Positions 1 to 7,904 of a stretch of DNA of 30,248 nt are shown piece after piece (positions within the stretch are counted from its first letter, which is position 1; every line of letters begins with the position of its first letter). This DNA comes from a virus (taxonomy: Duplodnaviria; Caudoviricetes). The DNA lies in IMG/VR virus record IMGVR_UViG_3300020403_000054, positions 1-30,248 of that record; one strand, given 5' to 3'. The notes beneath the pieces are model-generated. The model was not told the DNA's origin. It did no database searches and saw only the letters and a list, made by a program, of their open reading frames with translations. The translations under genes and the position numbers were made by a program.

Positions 1-2
1 AA

Positions 3-203
3 GGAGACAACTGGTATGTTTCTGGTGGTCCTATCACAACTGCACCTGACGGTGGAGAGTCTTCAACAGACTTCATTGGATATCTTGGTGGTTCTGTTGA
101 CGTAACCGAAGCAGTTGGAGTATACGGAGAGTTTTCTCTACAGACAGCAGACGCTGCTGATAACGCATACGGTGTTAAGTTAGGAACAAAATACACATTC
201 TAA
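3..203 (+). CDS. 3' end of outer-membrane beta-barrel (porin/OMP-like) protein, partial
   Basis: Manual translation of frame 3: ...GDNWYVSGGPITTAPDGGESSTDFIGYLGGSVDVTEAVGVYGEFSLQTADAADNAYGVKLGTKYTF*. Alternating amphipathic beta-strands and a terminal aromatic beta-signal (KYTF). Not in the ORF track. Confidence 0.7.
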   Translation, partial: GDNWYVSGGPITTAPDGGESSTDFIGYLGGSVDVTEAVGVYGEFSLQTADAADNAYGVKLGTKYTF

Positions 204-225
204 CTATATAAGAATGTAATAACAT

Positions 226-255
226 GGAGGGTATTACACCCTCCTTTTCTTTTTC
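226..255 (+). terminator. Rho-independent terminator
   Basis: GGAGGGT-attac-ACCCTCC perfect 7-bp stem followed by TTTTCTTTTT. Confidence 0.85.
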
Positions 256-264
256 AATTTTTCA

Positions 265-513
265 ATGAAGACACCAGGAAATACAGCAATCTATACCAGA
301 GACGGTTGCCCTTACTGCACAAAAATTAAAGAGGTTTACAAATCAAAGGGTTGGGTGTATGCTGAGTATAAGCTCAACTCAAACTTCACCAGAGAGCAAT
401 TCTATAGTGAGTTTGGCAGAGGAGCAACCTTCCCCCAAGTAATAATCTCTGGACATAAAATGGGTGGTTGCACCGAAACTGTAAAATACTTAAGAGAAAA
501 CACCTACCTGTAA
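265..513 (+). CDS. nrdC: Glutaredoxin
   Basis: CPYC active site, TFPQV cis-Pro motif and GG motif; 82 aa. Confidence 0.92.
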   Translation: MKTPGNTAIYTRDGCPYCTKIKEVYKSKGWVYAEYKLNSNFTREQFYSEFGRGATFPQVIISGHKMGGCTETVKYLRENTYL

Positions 514-860
514 TGCAAAAGAATACTGAAGAATTGTATACTCTCGTAGACAGAGCACTAGACGAAGCGATGGTCAATCAGAGATTTCTATTCAAGATGT
601 ATCCGTATTTAAAAGCACAAAAATGGACACGAAGAGAAGTTAATGACTTCATTGAGTCCTCTGTAGCAGCAGAACTTAGTAACGCTGTGCTAGAGTTGGA
701 AGGTTATATCAAGGGTGGTGATGCACAACTTAGGGAGTCTTATGGACACATCCCTAAACCAAAAGCAAGAAAGATAAAGGATTATCTTTACTCCATTCTA
801 GAGGACGCTTGGAAGTATCATGCCGAGCGAAAACCTGGCAGAAAAAAAGTTACTAAATAA
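513..860 (+). CDS. Cyanophage hypothetical protein (115 aa)
   Basis: ORF; start moved to ATG 513, which overlaps the nrdC stop (TAATG). Confidence 0.7.
   Translation: MQKNTEELYTLVDRALDEAMVNQRFLFKMYPYLKAQKWTRREVNDFIESSVAAELSNAVLELEGYIKGGDAQLRESYGHIPKPKARKIKDYLYSILEDAWKYHAERKPGRKKVTK
853..859 (+). promoter_or_regulatory. T4-type late promoter variant (CTAAATA)
   Basis: TAAATA core at a gene junction, upstream of GGAGG RBS and ATG 883. Confidence 0.5.
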
Positions 861-882
861 AGTACATAGTCGGAGGTAGCCC

Positions 883-1125
883 ATGCAAGAATTAGAATTC
901 ATTTACATGGCATTCTTCCTAACCGTCGGAGCATTCCTCTTGGGAGCCATAATATCGTGGAATCTCAAGGGGATTTTTGATGAGTGGGTAGAGAAAGCAG
1001 ATTACGCTGCTGTTACTATACACCCTGAGATGCAAGGCGAAGATGGATACGCAGACCCATCTGAGTTATTATACTTGCGTTTTACGGAAGAAGATGCTAC
1101 AATAGATGACGATGAAGAATCTTAA
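883..1125 (+). CDS. DUF2973-like small membrane protein
   Basis: N-terminal TM helix, HPEM..EDG...ELLYLRF motif, acidic tail, strong GGAGG RBS. Confidence 0.6.
   Translation: MQELEFIYMAFFLTVGAFLLGAIISWNLKGIFDEWVEKADYAAVTIHPEMQGEDGYADPSELLYLRFTEEDATIDDDEES
1075..1103 (+). promoter_or_regulatory. Sigma70-like early promoter
   Basis: TTGCGT-N17-TACAAT with extended -10 TG, 35 nt before ATG 1139. Confidence 0.6.
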
Positions 1126-1138
1126 TTAGATTTTCACT

Positions 1139-1579
1139 ATGAAATTGATGATTTCTGAGGTGCTTCGTAAAGCACACAATGCTAAAACAAAAGCGCAGAA
1201 GATAAAAATCCTGCAGGATAATAATACACAGACCCTAAGGTCATTATTCATTATGAATTATGATGATAGTTTGGTGTCTAGAATTCCACCAGGTGATGTC
1301 CCTTACACTCCTAACGAAGCACCTAAGGGCACAGAGCATACTCTTCTAGAAAAAGAAGGCAGTAAACTTTACTACTACTTTAAAGGTGGAGCAGACAATC
1401 TGCCTGCCCTAAAGATTGAGTCTATGTTTATCGCTCTTCTTGAAGGATTACATGCTGATGAGGCACAGGTTGTCATTGCAGCTATCAATAAAAATCTTCA
1501 CAAGAAGTTTCGTATTACCAAAGCGGTTGTAGAAGAAGCATTTCCTTCAATCAAATGGGGTAATAGAGGCAGAAAGTAA
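1139..1579 (+). CDS. Conserved T4-like phage hypothetical protein (DUF6433-like)
   Basis: 146 aa helical ORF with ISEVL..A...K.K..K...L and LLEGLH..EA motifs typical of this family. Confidence 0.65.
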   Translation: MKLMISEVLRKAHNAKTKAQKIKILQDNNTQTLRSLFIMNYDDSLVSRIPPGDVPYTPNEAPKGTEHTLLEKEGSKLYYYFKGGADNLPALKIESMFIALLEGLHADEAQVVIAAINKNLHKKFRITKAVVEEAFPSIKWGNRGRK

Positions 1580-1839
1580 TGAAGATTATTGCAACTGACT
1601 GCAATATTGAAGCAGCAAATGATACTTCTCTTCCTTACACAGCATACCTTGTTGAATATAAATCAGAAGGTTATACTAAGTATGACATTGTGATGAGCAA
1701 CAAGCAGTCTGAAATATTTGACCATTACTATGACAAATATAAGAAAGGCTTGATAAGATTTACCCAAGCGTCGGGTAAGATTAATCCAAAACTATGGCAA
1801 GACCCAAAAGAAAAGAAAGCGAAGAAAGGCAAAAAGTAA
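1579..1839 (+). CDS. Cyanophage hypothetical protein
   Basis: 86 aa ORF, TAATG-coupled on both sides. Confidence 0.7.
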   Translation: MKIIATDCNIEAANDTSLPYTAYLVEYKSEGYTKYDIVMSNKQSEIFDHYYDKYKKGLIRFTQASGKINPKLWQDPKEKKAKKGKK

Positions 1840-2111
1840 TGGCAAACGATTACGTATTCTTTGACCCTCGTAAGAAGGCACAACAACAGGAAGAAGACAA
1901 AAAGAAACTTACTGAATTAGAAGAAGAAAGACTACGCAATCAAGAGATGGGAGAGAAAGCAGTTAAATGGATTGCTGACTTCACTGTCAAACCATTCGTT
2001 TTAATGCTAGTGTGGAATATGACAGTGCCTACCCTTGGTATAGCAACCATTGGATACTTTGGTGCAGTCGGACTTTATATTATTGCTAGGATTTTATTTA
2101 AGCATGACTAG
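1839..2111 (+). CDS. Small membrane protein (2 TM helices)
   Basis: Start moved to ATG 1839 (TAATG overlap); charged N-terminal half, hydrophobic C-terminal half. Confidence 0.65.
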   Translation: MANDYVFFDPRKKAQQQEEDKKKLTELEEERLRNQEMGEKAVKWIADFTVKPFVLMLVWNMTVPTLGIATIGYFGAVGLYIIARILFKHD

Positions 2112-2805
2112 AGTATGTTTAGTGAGCGTCACACCTGACGCAGAAAAGACTATGGGATACGTTGCTCGTGTGAGCAACCCAAAGAATCAAGACAACCCCT
2201 CTGTCGAGGGTCTATTGAGTTACTGTATCAAACACAACCACTGGTCTGTATTTGAGCAGGCATTCATGACACTTGAGATTAATACCACACGTGCTATCGC
2301 AGCACAGGTATTGAGACATAGAAGTTTTACATTCCAAGAGTTTTCTCAACGCTACGCTGATGCAGGGATGCTAGGTGACATTCCTACTCCTGACTTACGT
2401 CGACAAGATACTAAGAATAGACAGAATAGTATTGATGACATCGACCCGATTGTCAAAGCAAAATTTGATGCTAAAATAGAAGAGCACTTCTTCCAAGCAC
2501 AACATATCTACAACGAAATGTTAGAGGAAGGAATTGCTAAAGAGTGTGCTAGAATGGTCTTGCCCTTAGCAACCCCAACCAGAATTTACATGAGTGGTAG
2601 TGTCCGTAGTTGGTTACACTACATCGAATTGCGGTCAGCAAATGGCACGCAGAAAGAACACATGGACATTGCTAACCTATGCAAAGAGCATCTTATCTGT
2701 CAGTTTCCAATCGTTGCTAAAGCAATGGGTTGGTGTGCTGAGGACAAAGAATGTGGATGCCCTGATGGTTGGGACGACTTACAACCCTGTTTAAAAATAC
2801 TATGA
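2104..2805 (+). CDS. thyX: FAD-dependent thymidylate synthase ThyX
   Basis: [14 protein letters not shown] signature (RHRx7SxR), HWSVFE and ECARMVLP; start moved to ATG 2104. Confidence 0.96.
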   Translation: MTRVCLVSVTPDAEKTMGYVARVSNPKNQDNPSVEGLLSYCIKHNHWSVFEQAFMTLEINTTRAIAAQVLRHRSFTFQEFSQRYADAGMLGDIPTPDLRRQDTKNRQNSIDDIDPIVKAKFDAKIEEHFFQAQHIYNEMLEEGIAKECARMVLPLATPTRIYMSGSVRSWLHYIELRSANGTQKEHMDIANLCKEHLICQFPIVAKAMGWCAEDKECGCPDGWDDLQPCLKIL

Positions 2806-2948
2806 TACCTCACGCTAACTTCTCACCAGAGTATACAGTGCCGATTTCTATTGCAGTAATCACAGTGCTCTTTATATTCTATGGAATCTATAGAGGTTTC
2901 TTTGCTAATGAAGGGTTAACTGACCCATTTGATGACCACGATGACTGA
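2802..2948 (+). CDS. psbN: PsbN-like photosystem II assembly factor (48 aa)
   Basis: Manual translation [48 protein letters not shown]. One TM helix, YGIY..F, and a C-terminal L.DPFDDHDD matching the PsbN DPFEEH.D motif. ATGA overlap with the thyX stop. Below the ORF-track cutoff. Confidence 0.85.
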   Translation: MIPHANFSPEYTVPISIAVITVLFIFYGIYRGFFANEGLTDPFDDHDD

Positions 2949-3129
2949 ATTAGGAACTAAAATGCTCAAGAAAAGATACCAGATTAAATCTAGGTTTTAT
3001 TATATTTTTTGGGGCATCGCTACAGTATCCGTTGTAGCAGGACAAATCTATGTTGGTACAGGTTACCGACATATGGCAAACACAGTAGAGGACTTTAGAA
3101 ATGCCTACATATCCCGTAATAAATACTAA
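2941..3129 (+). CDS. Small single-TM protein of picocyanobacterial/cyanophage type
   Basis: QIKSRFYYIFWGIATVSVVAGQIYVG TM segment; start ATG 2941 overlaps the psbN end. Confidence 0.6.
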   Translation: MTELGTKMLKKRYQIKSRFYYIFWGIATVSVVAGQIYVGTGYRHMANTVEDFRNAYISRNKY

Positions 3130-3331
3130 GACTGGGGAGAAACAAGAACTCTCCATGTCTATGAAAAAGTATGACGAGTGGAGGAAAGAGAATCCAGATT
3201 GGGATAGGGACTGGAGTGCAGGCATCGCTGGCACTACATACGGTGACCCTAAACAATCTGATGGATTCAAGGAAGTAATGCAGAAGATTCAATCAGACCA
3301 TCCACGAGCGAACTTGAGTCGCTATACCTAA
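3101..3331 (+). CDS. Conserved cyanophage hypothetical protein (MPTY-type, upstream of phoH)
   Basis: 76 aa; MPTYPVIN..TGE N-terminus; AGAGG RBS. Confidence 0.7.
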   Translation: MPTYPVINTKTGEKQELSMSMKKYDEWRKENPDWDRDWSAGIAGTTYGDPKQSDGFKEVMQKIQSDHPRANLSRYT

Positions 3332-3334
3332 ATT

Positions 3335-4096
3335 ATGCCCGCTAAAAAGAAAAACGGAAACGGAAACGGACGTTACGACCACTACTCTGTTAAGCAGATG
3401 AAGAGACGTAAGCCCATCAATCTAGACCACCTTAAAGTGATTGAGCCACTGACTCCAAATCAGGAGGCAGTCTTCAAAGCATATGAAGAAGGACAAAACC
3501 TTGTGTTGCATGGTTGTGCAGGCACAGGTAAGACTTTCATCTCACTTTATCTTGCACTACAACAAGTGCTAGACCCTGAGACACCTTATGAAAAGGTTTA
3601 CATGGTGAGGTCTCTTGTCCCCACAAGAGAGATTGGTTTCCTACCAGGTGACCATGAGGATAAGTCAAACCTATATCAGATACCATACAAAAATATGGTG
3701 AAGTATATGTTTGAAATGCCTGATGATAATGCATTTGAATCACTCTATGCAAACCTTAGAGCACAGGACACAGTGTCATTCTGGTCAACATCATTTGTTA
3801 GAGGTGTTACTCTTGACAAATGTATTATGATAGTGGATGAGTTTAGTAATCTTAACTTCCATGAGTTAGACTCAGTCATTACTCGTGTAGGTGAAGACAC
3901 TAGAATTATATTCTCTGGCGACTACACACAGTCAGACCTTATTAAAACTAACGAGAGGACAGGAGTGTTAGACTTCATGAAAATCTTACAAACAATGCCA
4001 TCATTCTCATGTGTTGAGTTTGGTATCGAAGATATCGTTAGGTCTGGTCTTGTCCGTGAGTATCTTGTCAGTAAAATTAATATGGGATTTAATTAA
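3335..4096 (+). CDS. phoH: PhoH-family ATPase
   Basis: Walker A GCAGTGKT, GFLPGD, RGVT, IVDE, SGD..QSDL, DIVRSGLV. Confidence 0.96.
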   Translation: MPAKKKNGNGNGRYDHYSVKQMKRRKPINLDHLKVIEPLTPNQEAVFKAYEEGQNLVLHGCAGTGKTFISLYLALQQVLDPETPYEKVYMVRSLVPTREIGFLPGDHEDKSNLYQIPYKNMVKYMFEMPDDNAFESLYANLRAQDTVSFWSTSFVRGVTLDKCIMIVDEFSNLNFHELDSVITRVGEDTRIIFSGDYTQSDLIKTNERTGVLDFMKILQTMPSFSCVEFGIEDIVRSGLVREYLVSKINMGFN

Positions 4097-4770
4097 TGTT
4101 TAATTATGTGGGCACTCCTCTTGAGTTAGAGGACTTAGAAAGTAAGACTCTAAATCATGGACGTTTCTACAAACTAGATGACGTTTGGGTACCCAGTGTG
4201 ACGACTGTAGTAGGTCACCAGTCTAAGCAAGGTATACTTGACTGGGAGAATCGAATCGGTTATACTGAAGCGGAGAGGATACGACGTGCTGCTGCATGGC
4301 GAGGCACTAAATATCATTCTATCGTAGAATATTATCTAAGAAATGAATCTGAGAAAATTAAGGAGAGCAAGGGTCTTGCCAAGTACCTTTTTGGGGCTAG
4401 TCGTGAGACTCTTAATCGGATATCTAATATTCACGCTCTTGAAACCCCTCTTTTTTCTCGTAATTTATATCTGGCTGGGCGTGTTGATTGCATTGCTGAG
4501 TTTGATAATGAGCTTGCTATCATAGACTTCAAGACCACTGGCACGTTAAAGAAAGAGAAATACCTAGAGAAATACTTCGTGCAAGAAGCAGCATATGCTT
4601 ACATGTATTGGGAGTTAACTGGTATAGAGGTTGATAAACTTGTCACTATATCTGTTGCAGAAGATGGACAGACACAGGTGGTTGAGAAATATGATAAAGT
4701 CCCTTACATCAATACCCTCATTGATTGGATAAAAGACTACAGATATTACACTGAGGGATTAAATTCATGA
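4096..4770 (+). CDS. PD-(D/E)xK RecB/Cas4-like exonuclease
   Basis: PSVTTV, RGT..H, GRVDC, IIDFKT and Q..AY motifs; typical position between phoH and gp33. Confidence 0.88.
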   Translation: MFNYVGTPLELEDLESKTLNHGRFYKLDDVWVPSVTTVVGHQSKQGILDWENRIGYTEAERIRRAAAWRGTKYHSIVEYYLRNESEKIKESKGLAKYLFGASRETLNRISNIHALETPLFSRNLYLAGRVDCIAEFDNELAIIDFKTTGTLKKEKYLEKYFVQEAAYAYMYWELTGIEVDKLVTISVAEDGQTQVVEKYDKVPYINTLIDWIKDYRYYTEGLNS

Positions 4771-5012
4771 AAGAAATTGAAGAAAAGTTTATGACTCAGG
4801 GTAAGTTTACATCCCTTGTTGAGAATCGTGTTAAAGATAGCAGTGGTCTCATCAATTACATTGAAGCAGTCACATCTATCTGTGAAGAGTTAGAGATAGA
4901 CGTTACAACAGTCAAGAAATTGATTTCTAAACCTCTAAAGGATAAATTGCAATGGGATGCAGCACGATTAAATTATATTAAACGTACAAGTAAAGCAGTT
5001 TTAAACCTATGA
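4767..5012 (+). CDS. gp33: Late promoter transcription co-activator gp33
   Basis: 81 aa, NYIEAV..ICEE.EID....KKLISKPLKDKL..DA..LN motif. Confidence 0.88.
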   Translation: MKEIEEKFMTQGKFTSLVENRVKDSSGLINYIEAVTSICEELEIDVTTVKKLISKPLKDKLQWDAARLNYIKRTSKAVLNL

Positions 5013-5377
5013 CTTCCGACGAAAGTTTTTTTGAATCCGATGTTGTGCAACGAGAGTTAACAGACATACAGGAGACATACACACAACTATTAAAAATCTC
5101 AGCAGGACTTGCTGAGTTTTCTCCTAAGGAGAGACTAGAGCACATCGAGAAGACACTCGAGTTGATTGCTAAACAGAAAGTATTTTACTCTCGTCTTGCA
5201 CTTGCTTCACATAATATATCAGGAGATGATAACGATGAGGAGGCAACCTTCGTTAAAGAAAGGATAGATACTTTATCTGCACAGTATTCGGGAGGACTAA
5301 ACCTCATGCTTATACTACAGCAGATGGAAGACAAACTCAGAGCTTGGAGAAAAGAATTAAAAGATGCCGAATCCTAA
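5009..5377 (+). CDS. DUF1825-family protein
   Basis: FFESDVVQREL...KQKVFYSRL.L motif; position before gp32. Confidence 0.75.
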   Translation: MTSDESFFESDVVQRELTDIQETYTQLLKISAGLAEFSPKERLEHIEKTLELIAKQKVFYSRLALASHNISGDDNDEEATFVKERIDTLSAQYSGGLNLMLILQQMEDKLRAWRKELKDAES

Positions 5378-5519
5378 TCAACTATACGAAGACGCTGAAA
5401 AACTTAATGACTTATTCGAGGAGTTGTTATGGGATGCTGACGATGAATTGTTGTTTACTCATGACGGAGAGAAGGTAATCATACATAACATTTCAAAAAG
5501 AGGACTTGACAAGTCCTAA
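5364..5519 (+). CDS. Small acidic cyanophage hypothetical protein (51 aa)
   Basis: Manual translation MPNPNQLYEDAEKLNDLFEELLWDADDELLFTHDGEKVIIHNISKRGLDKS*. Fills the gap before gp32; below the ORF-track cutoff. Confidence 0.7.
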   Translation: MPNPNQLYEDAEKLNDLFEELLWDADDELLFTHDGEKVIIHNISKRGLDKS

Positions 5520-5537
5520 ATAATATGTCATCATAAT
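5501..5537 (+). promoter_or_regulatory. Composite early/late promoter region of gp32 with palindrome
   Basis: TTGACA at 5506-5511, CTAAATA at 5516-5522, imperfect -10 (TGtCATCAT or CATAAT); inverted repeat AGGACTT-gac-AAGTCCT at 5501-5517. Confidence 0.55.
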
Positions 5538-5582
5538 ACGGTGGCAAATACAAAAAAACAAAACCACAACGGAGAAATACAA

Positions 5583-6491
5583 ATGTCATTCGCATCACTT
5601 AAGAAGAAGTCTGGTAGCTTTGATAAGCTTACCAAACAGATTGAGAAGATGTCTAAACCACAGGGCGCAGGACCTGATGAAAGACTCTGGAAACCTGGAG
5701 TTGATAAGTCTGGAAACGGTTACGCAGTAGTCCGATTCCTTCCTGAGCCAGAAGGTGAAGACCTACCATGGGCACAAGTTTGGAGTCACGCATTCCAAGG
5801 TGCAGGCGGTTGGTATATTGAGAATTCACTCACTACATTGGGACAAAAAGACCCTGTTGGTGAATTGAATCGCACTCTTTGGAATTCTGGTCTAGACCAA
5901 GACAAAGAAACTGCTCGTAAACAGAAGAGAAAACTCTCCTACTACAGCAACATCTATGTCGTTAAAGACCAACTCAACCCCGACAATGAAGGAAAGGTCT
6001 TTCTCTACAAGTATGGCAAGAAGATTCATGATAAGATTGTGAGTGCTATGCAACCTCAATTCGAGGATGAAGAGCCTATCAACCCATTTGATATGTGGAA
6101 AGGTGCGGACTTCCGTATCAAGATACAAACAATCGGTGGGTATTGGAATTATGATAAGTCTGATTTTGCACCCGCTTCCACACTTGGAGGATATGATGAT
6201 GCTAAGTTGGAGGAGATTTGGAAGTCACAACACTCTCTTAAAGAGTTTACTGACCCTGCCAACTTCAAATCATATGAGCAACTAGAAGAGAGACTCAACA
6301 CTGTGTTGAATAAGTCTGCTCGTGCTACTGTCCGCTCATTTGATGGGGAAGAGAATGAAGCTGTGTACGCTGAAGAAACTGTCACACAACCACCCACACC
6401 GAGTGGATTTGGTGATAAAGTTAAAGAGTTAAGTCAAACTTCTAGCAGTCCTGACCTTGACTACTTCGCATCACTAGCTGAAAACGATTAA
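5583..6491 (+). CDS. gp32: Single-stranded DNA-binding protein gp32
   Basis: MSFASLKK, DERLWKP.VDKSGNGYAVVRFLP, WYIENSLTT, KYGKKI and acidic tail LDYFASLAEND; start moved to ATG 5583 (GGAG RBS). Confidence 0.97.
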   Translation: MSFASLKKKSGSFDKLTKQIEKMSKPQGAGPDERLWKPGVDKSGNGYAVVRFLPEPEGEDLPWAQVWSHAFQGAGGWYIENSLTTLGQKDPVGELNRTLWNSGLDQDKETARKQKRKLSYYSNIYVVKDQLNPDNEGKVFLYKYGKKIHDKIVSAMQPQFEDEEPINPFDMWKGADFRIKIQTIGGYWNYDKSDFAPASTLGGYDDAKLEEIWKSQHSLKEFTDPANFKSYEQLEERLNTVLNKSARATVRSFDGEENEAVYAEETVTQPPTPSGFGDKVKELSQTSSSPDLDYFASLAEND

Positions 6492-6770
6492 ATGAAAATA
6501 CTGGTTGCTTTACTCGCATCTTTAACTGTTGCACCCGCAGCAGAGGCTCTTACTTGGAAGGAATTCTGGGAGCCATTTGTCGAGTATGGCAACCATTATC
6601 ATCATCATACTCATCACTATCACTCTCCACGATGTATGGAAGAGACTATTGTTAGAGAAAAGATATACGTGCCTGGTAGGTGGTTATCACCTACACATTA
6701 CATGGAAGGTTACTATGAGTATCGTGGACGCATAGTAACACAACCATGTGGTTGGCACGACCACCATTGA
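6492..6770 (+). CDS. Secreted His-rich small protein
   Basis: Signal peptide MKILVALLASLTVAPAAEA; HYHHHTHHYH tract and terminal HDHH. Confidence 0.7.
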   Translation: MKILVALLASLTVAPAAEALTWKEFWEPFVEYGNHYHHHTHHYHSPRCMEETIVREKIYVPGRWLSPTHYMEGYYEYRGRIVTQPCGWHDHH

Positions 6771-6859
6771 CCCATATATTATTTGACTTTTAGTTTAAAA
6801 AAAGGTCGAAAAAAAACTCGGGGTAAAAATTGCCCTGTAGGGTTTTTCATAAAATTATC

Positions 6860-7054
6860 ATGACACACTACAAACCGTATTCACCAGAATGGCATAGATA
6901 CCGCTATCTCAAAGAATCGCTCGATAAATACTTTGACGAGTATGTCGAGAATGAAGTCATTCTTGCTGATATACATGATATTCTACAAACTCGCTCAGAT
7001 GCTGCAAAAGCAGAATTCGAGAAAGTTAGTGAATTGAATGCAAAACTAAAATAG
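6860..7054 (+). CDS. Cyanophage hypothetical protein
   Basis: YKPYSPEWHR.RYLKE.LD.Y.D motif; start moved to ATG 6860. Confidence 0.7.
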   Translation: MTHYKPYSPEWHRYRYLKESLDKYFDEYVENEVILADIHDILQTRSDAAKAEFEKVSELNAKLK

Positions 7055-7061
7055 ACCTAAA

Positions 7062-7379
7062 ATGCTATCAACCCAATATCGCTTGCGACTTGAAAAAGTC
7101 TGCAAACTTATTGCTCAAGGAAAAGAAGTAGATTTGACAGAGATGATATGGGCACAAAAATTAGCACAGAAACATACTACTGCTGCGACATGGATGCGAC
7201 AAGCACGTCAGCGAGCAGCAAATCCTGATATAAGGGATGGTAGCACAGATGATTTTCTGAATAAGATGGGATTAGGCGAACCCGACCCATCTGACCAGAG
7301 GACAGGGTTCGACAGTGCCGATGATATTGGTGACTGGTTTAATCGCAAAAAACCTGACGATTGGAGACAACGTGACTAA
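7062..7379 (+). CDS. Conserved cyanophage hypothetical protein
   Basis: MLSTQYRLRLE...DDFLN.MGLG.PDP...DWRQRD; 105 aa. Confidence 0.75.
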   Translation: MLSTQYRLRLEKVCKLIAQGKEVDLTEMIWAQKLAQKHTTAATWMRQARQRAANPDIRDGSTDDFLNKMGLGEPDPSDQRTGFDSADDIGDWFNRKKPDDWRQRD

Positions 7380-7617
7380 AACTGTAGAAAACTACGAGCA
7401 ACTAATTCAGCGTTTTACTAAACGCACAATGCAACTCTCAGCAAGAAATTCAGAGTTGAAAGCAGCATATGATGAATATGTTAAAAACGAAAATGACCTA
7501 AAACGTTTAGAAGGGTCAATGCAAGCAATAGAATATGTTGCTTATGGTAAGATGCCTGGCGATGGAAATCATGATAAGTTTAAAGACCATAGACCAAATA
7601 TTCCCGAAAGATATTAA
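7372..7617 (+). CDS. Coiled-coil hypothetical protein (81 aa)
   Basis: GTG start at 7372 with upstream GGAG; heptad pattern. Confidence 0.65.
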   Translation: MTKTVENYEQLIQRFTKRTMQLSARNSELKAAYDEYVKNENDLKRLEGSMQAIEYVAYGKMPGDGNHDKFKDHRPNIPERY

Positions 7618-7904
7618 TGTTAGCATTTCTATTCACAGCAGCAGGATTTCTTAACCTGTTGTTTTACATCTTTGCAATCGGTTTTGTAATCTCATTACTG
7701 TTGGAGCAGTATCTTAAAGTCAGACCTTTATCTCCTGACACGACAATGAATGAGAGAAACATGTTTATTGTGCAGAGTAATAGAAAGTATTGTTGGCGAC
7801 AAGCATGGATAACCAACATTTACTGGTTTTTGTGTAATGTAGGTTTATATGTTATATCAAGGAATATGGCAACACCGACAGATAATTTTTGGAACGGAAT
7901 ATGA
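7617..7904 (+). CDS. Membrane hypothetical protein
   Basis: Two hydrophobic segments; TAATG coupling. Confidence 0.65.
   Translation: MLAFLFTAAGFLNLLFYIFAIGFVISLLLEQYLKVRPLSPDTTMNERNMFIVQSNRKYCWRQAWITNIYWFLCNVGLYVISRNMATPTDNFWNGI

Noticed and set aside
2050-2103. Longer ThyX start from the ORF track (similarly 468, 1794, 6830, 7315, 7889, 10173)
   Set aside because: These create long overlaps or use weak start codons. Downstream starts give better coupling or family-typical N-termini.
4096-4770. Cas4-like nuclease as a sign of a CRISPR system
   Set aside because: No Fe-S cysteine set, no other cas genes and no repeat-spacer array seen. This is the usual exonuclease next to phoH.
5541-5582. 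Extended gp32 N-terminus from GTG 5541
   Set aside because: The family-typical start MSFA.LKK and a GGAG RBS point to ATG 5583.
3119-6930. Additional [AC]TAAATA hits inside coding regions (3119, 4307, 6924)
   Set aside because: Such 7-mers are expected by chance in AT-rich DNA and are not at gene junctions, so they are unsupported without TSS data.
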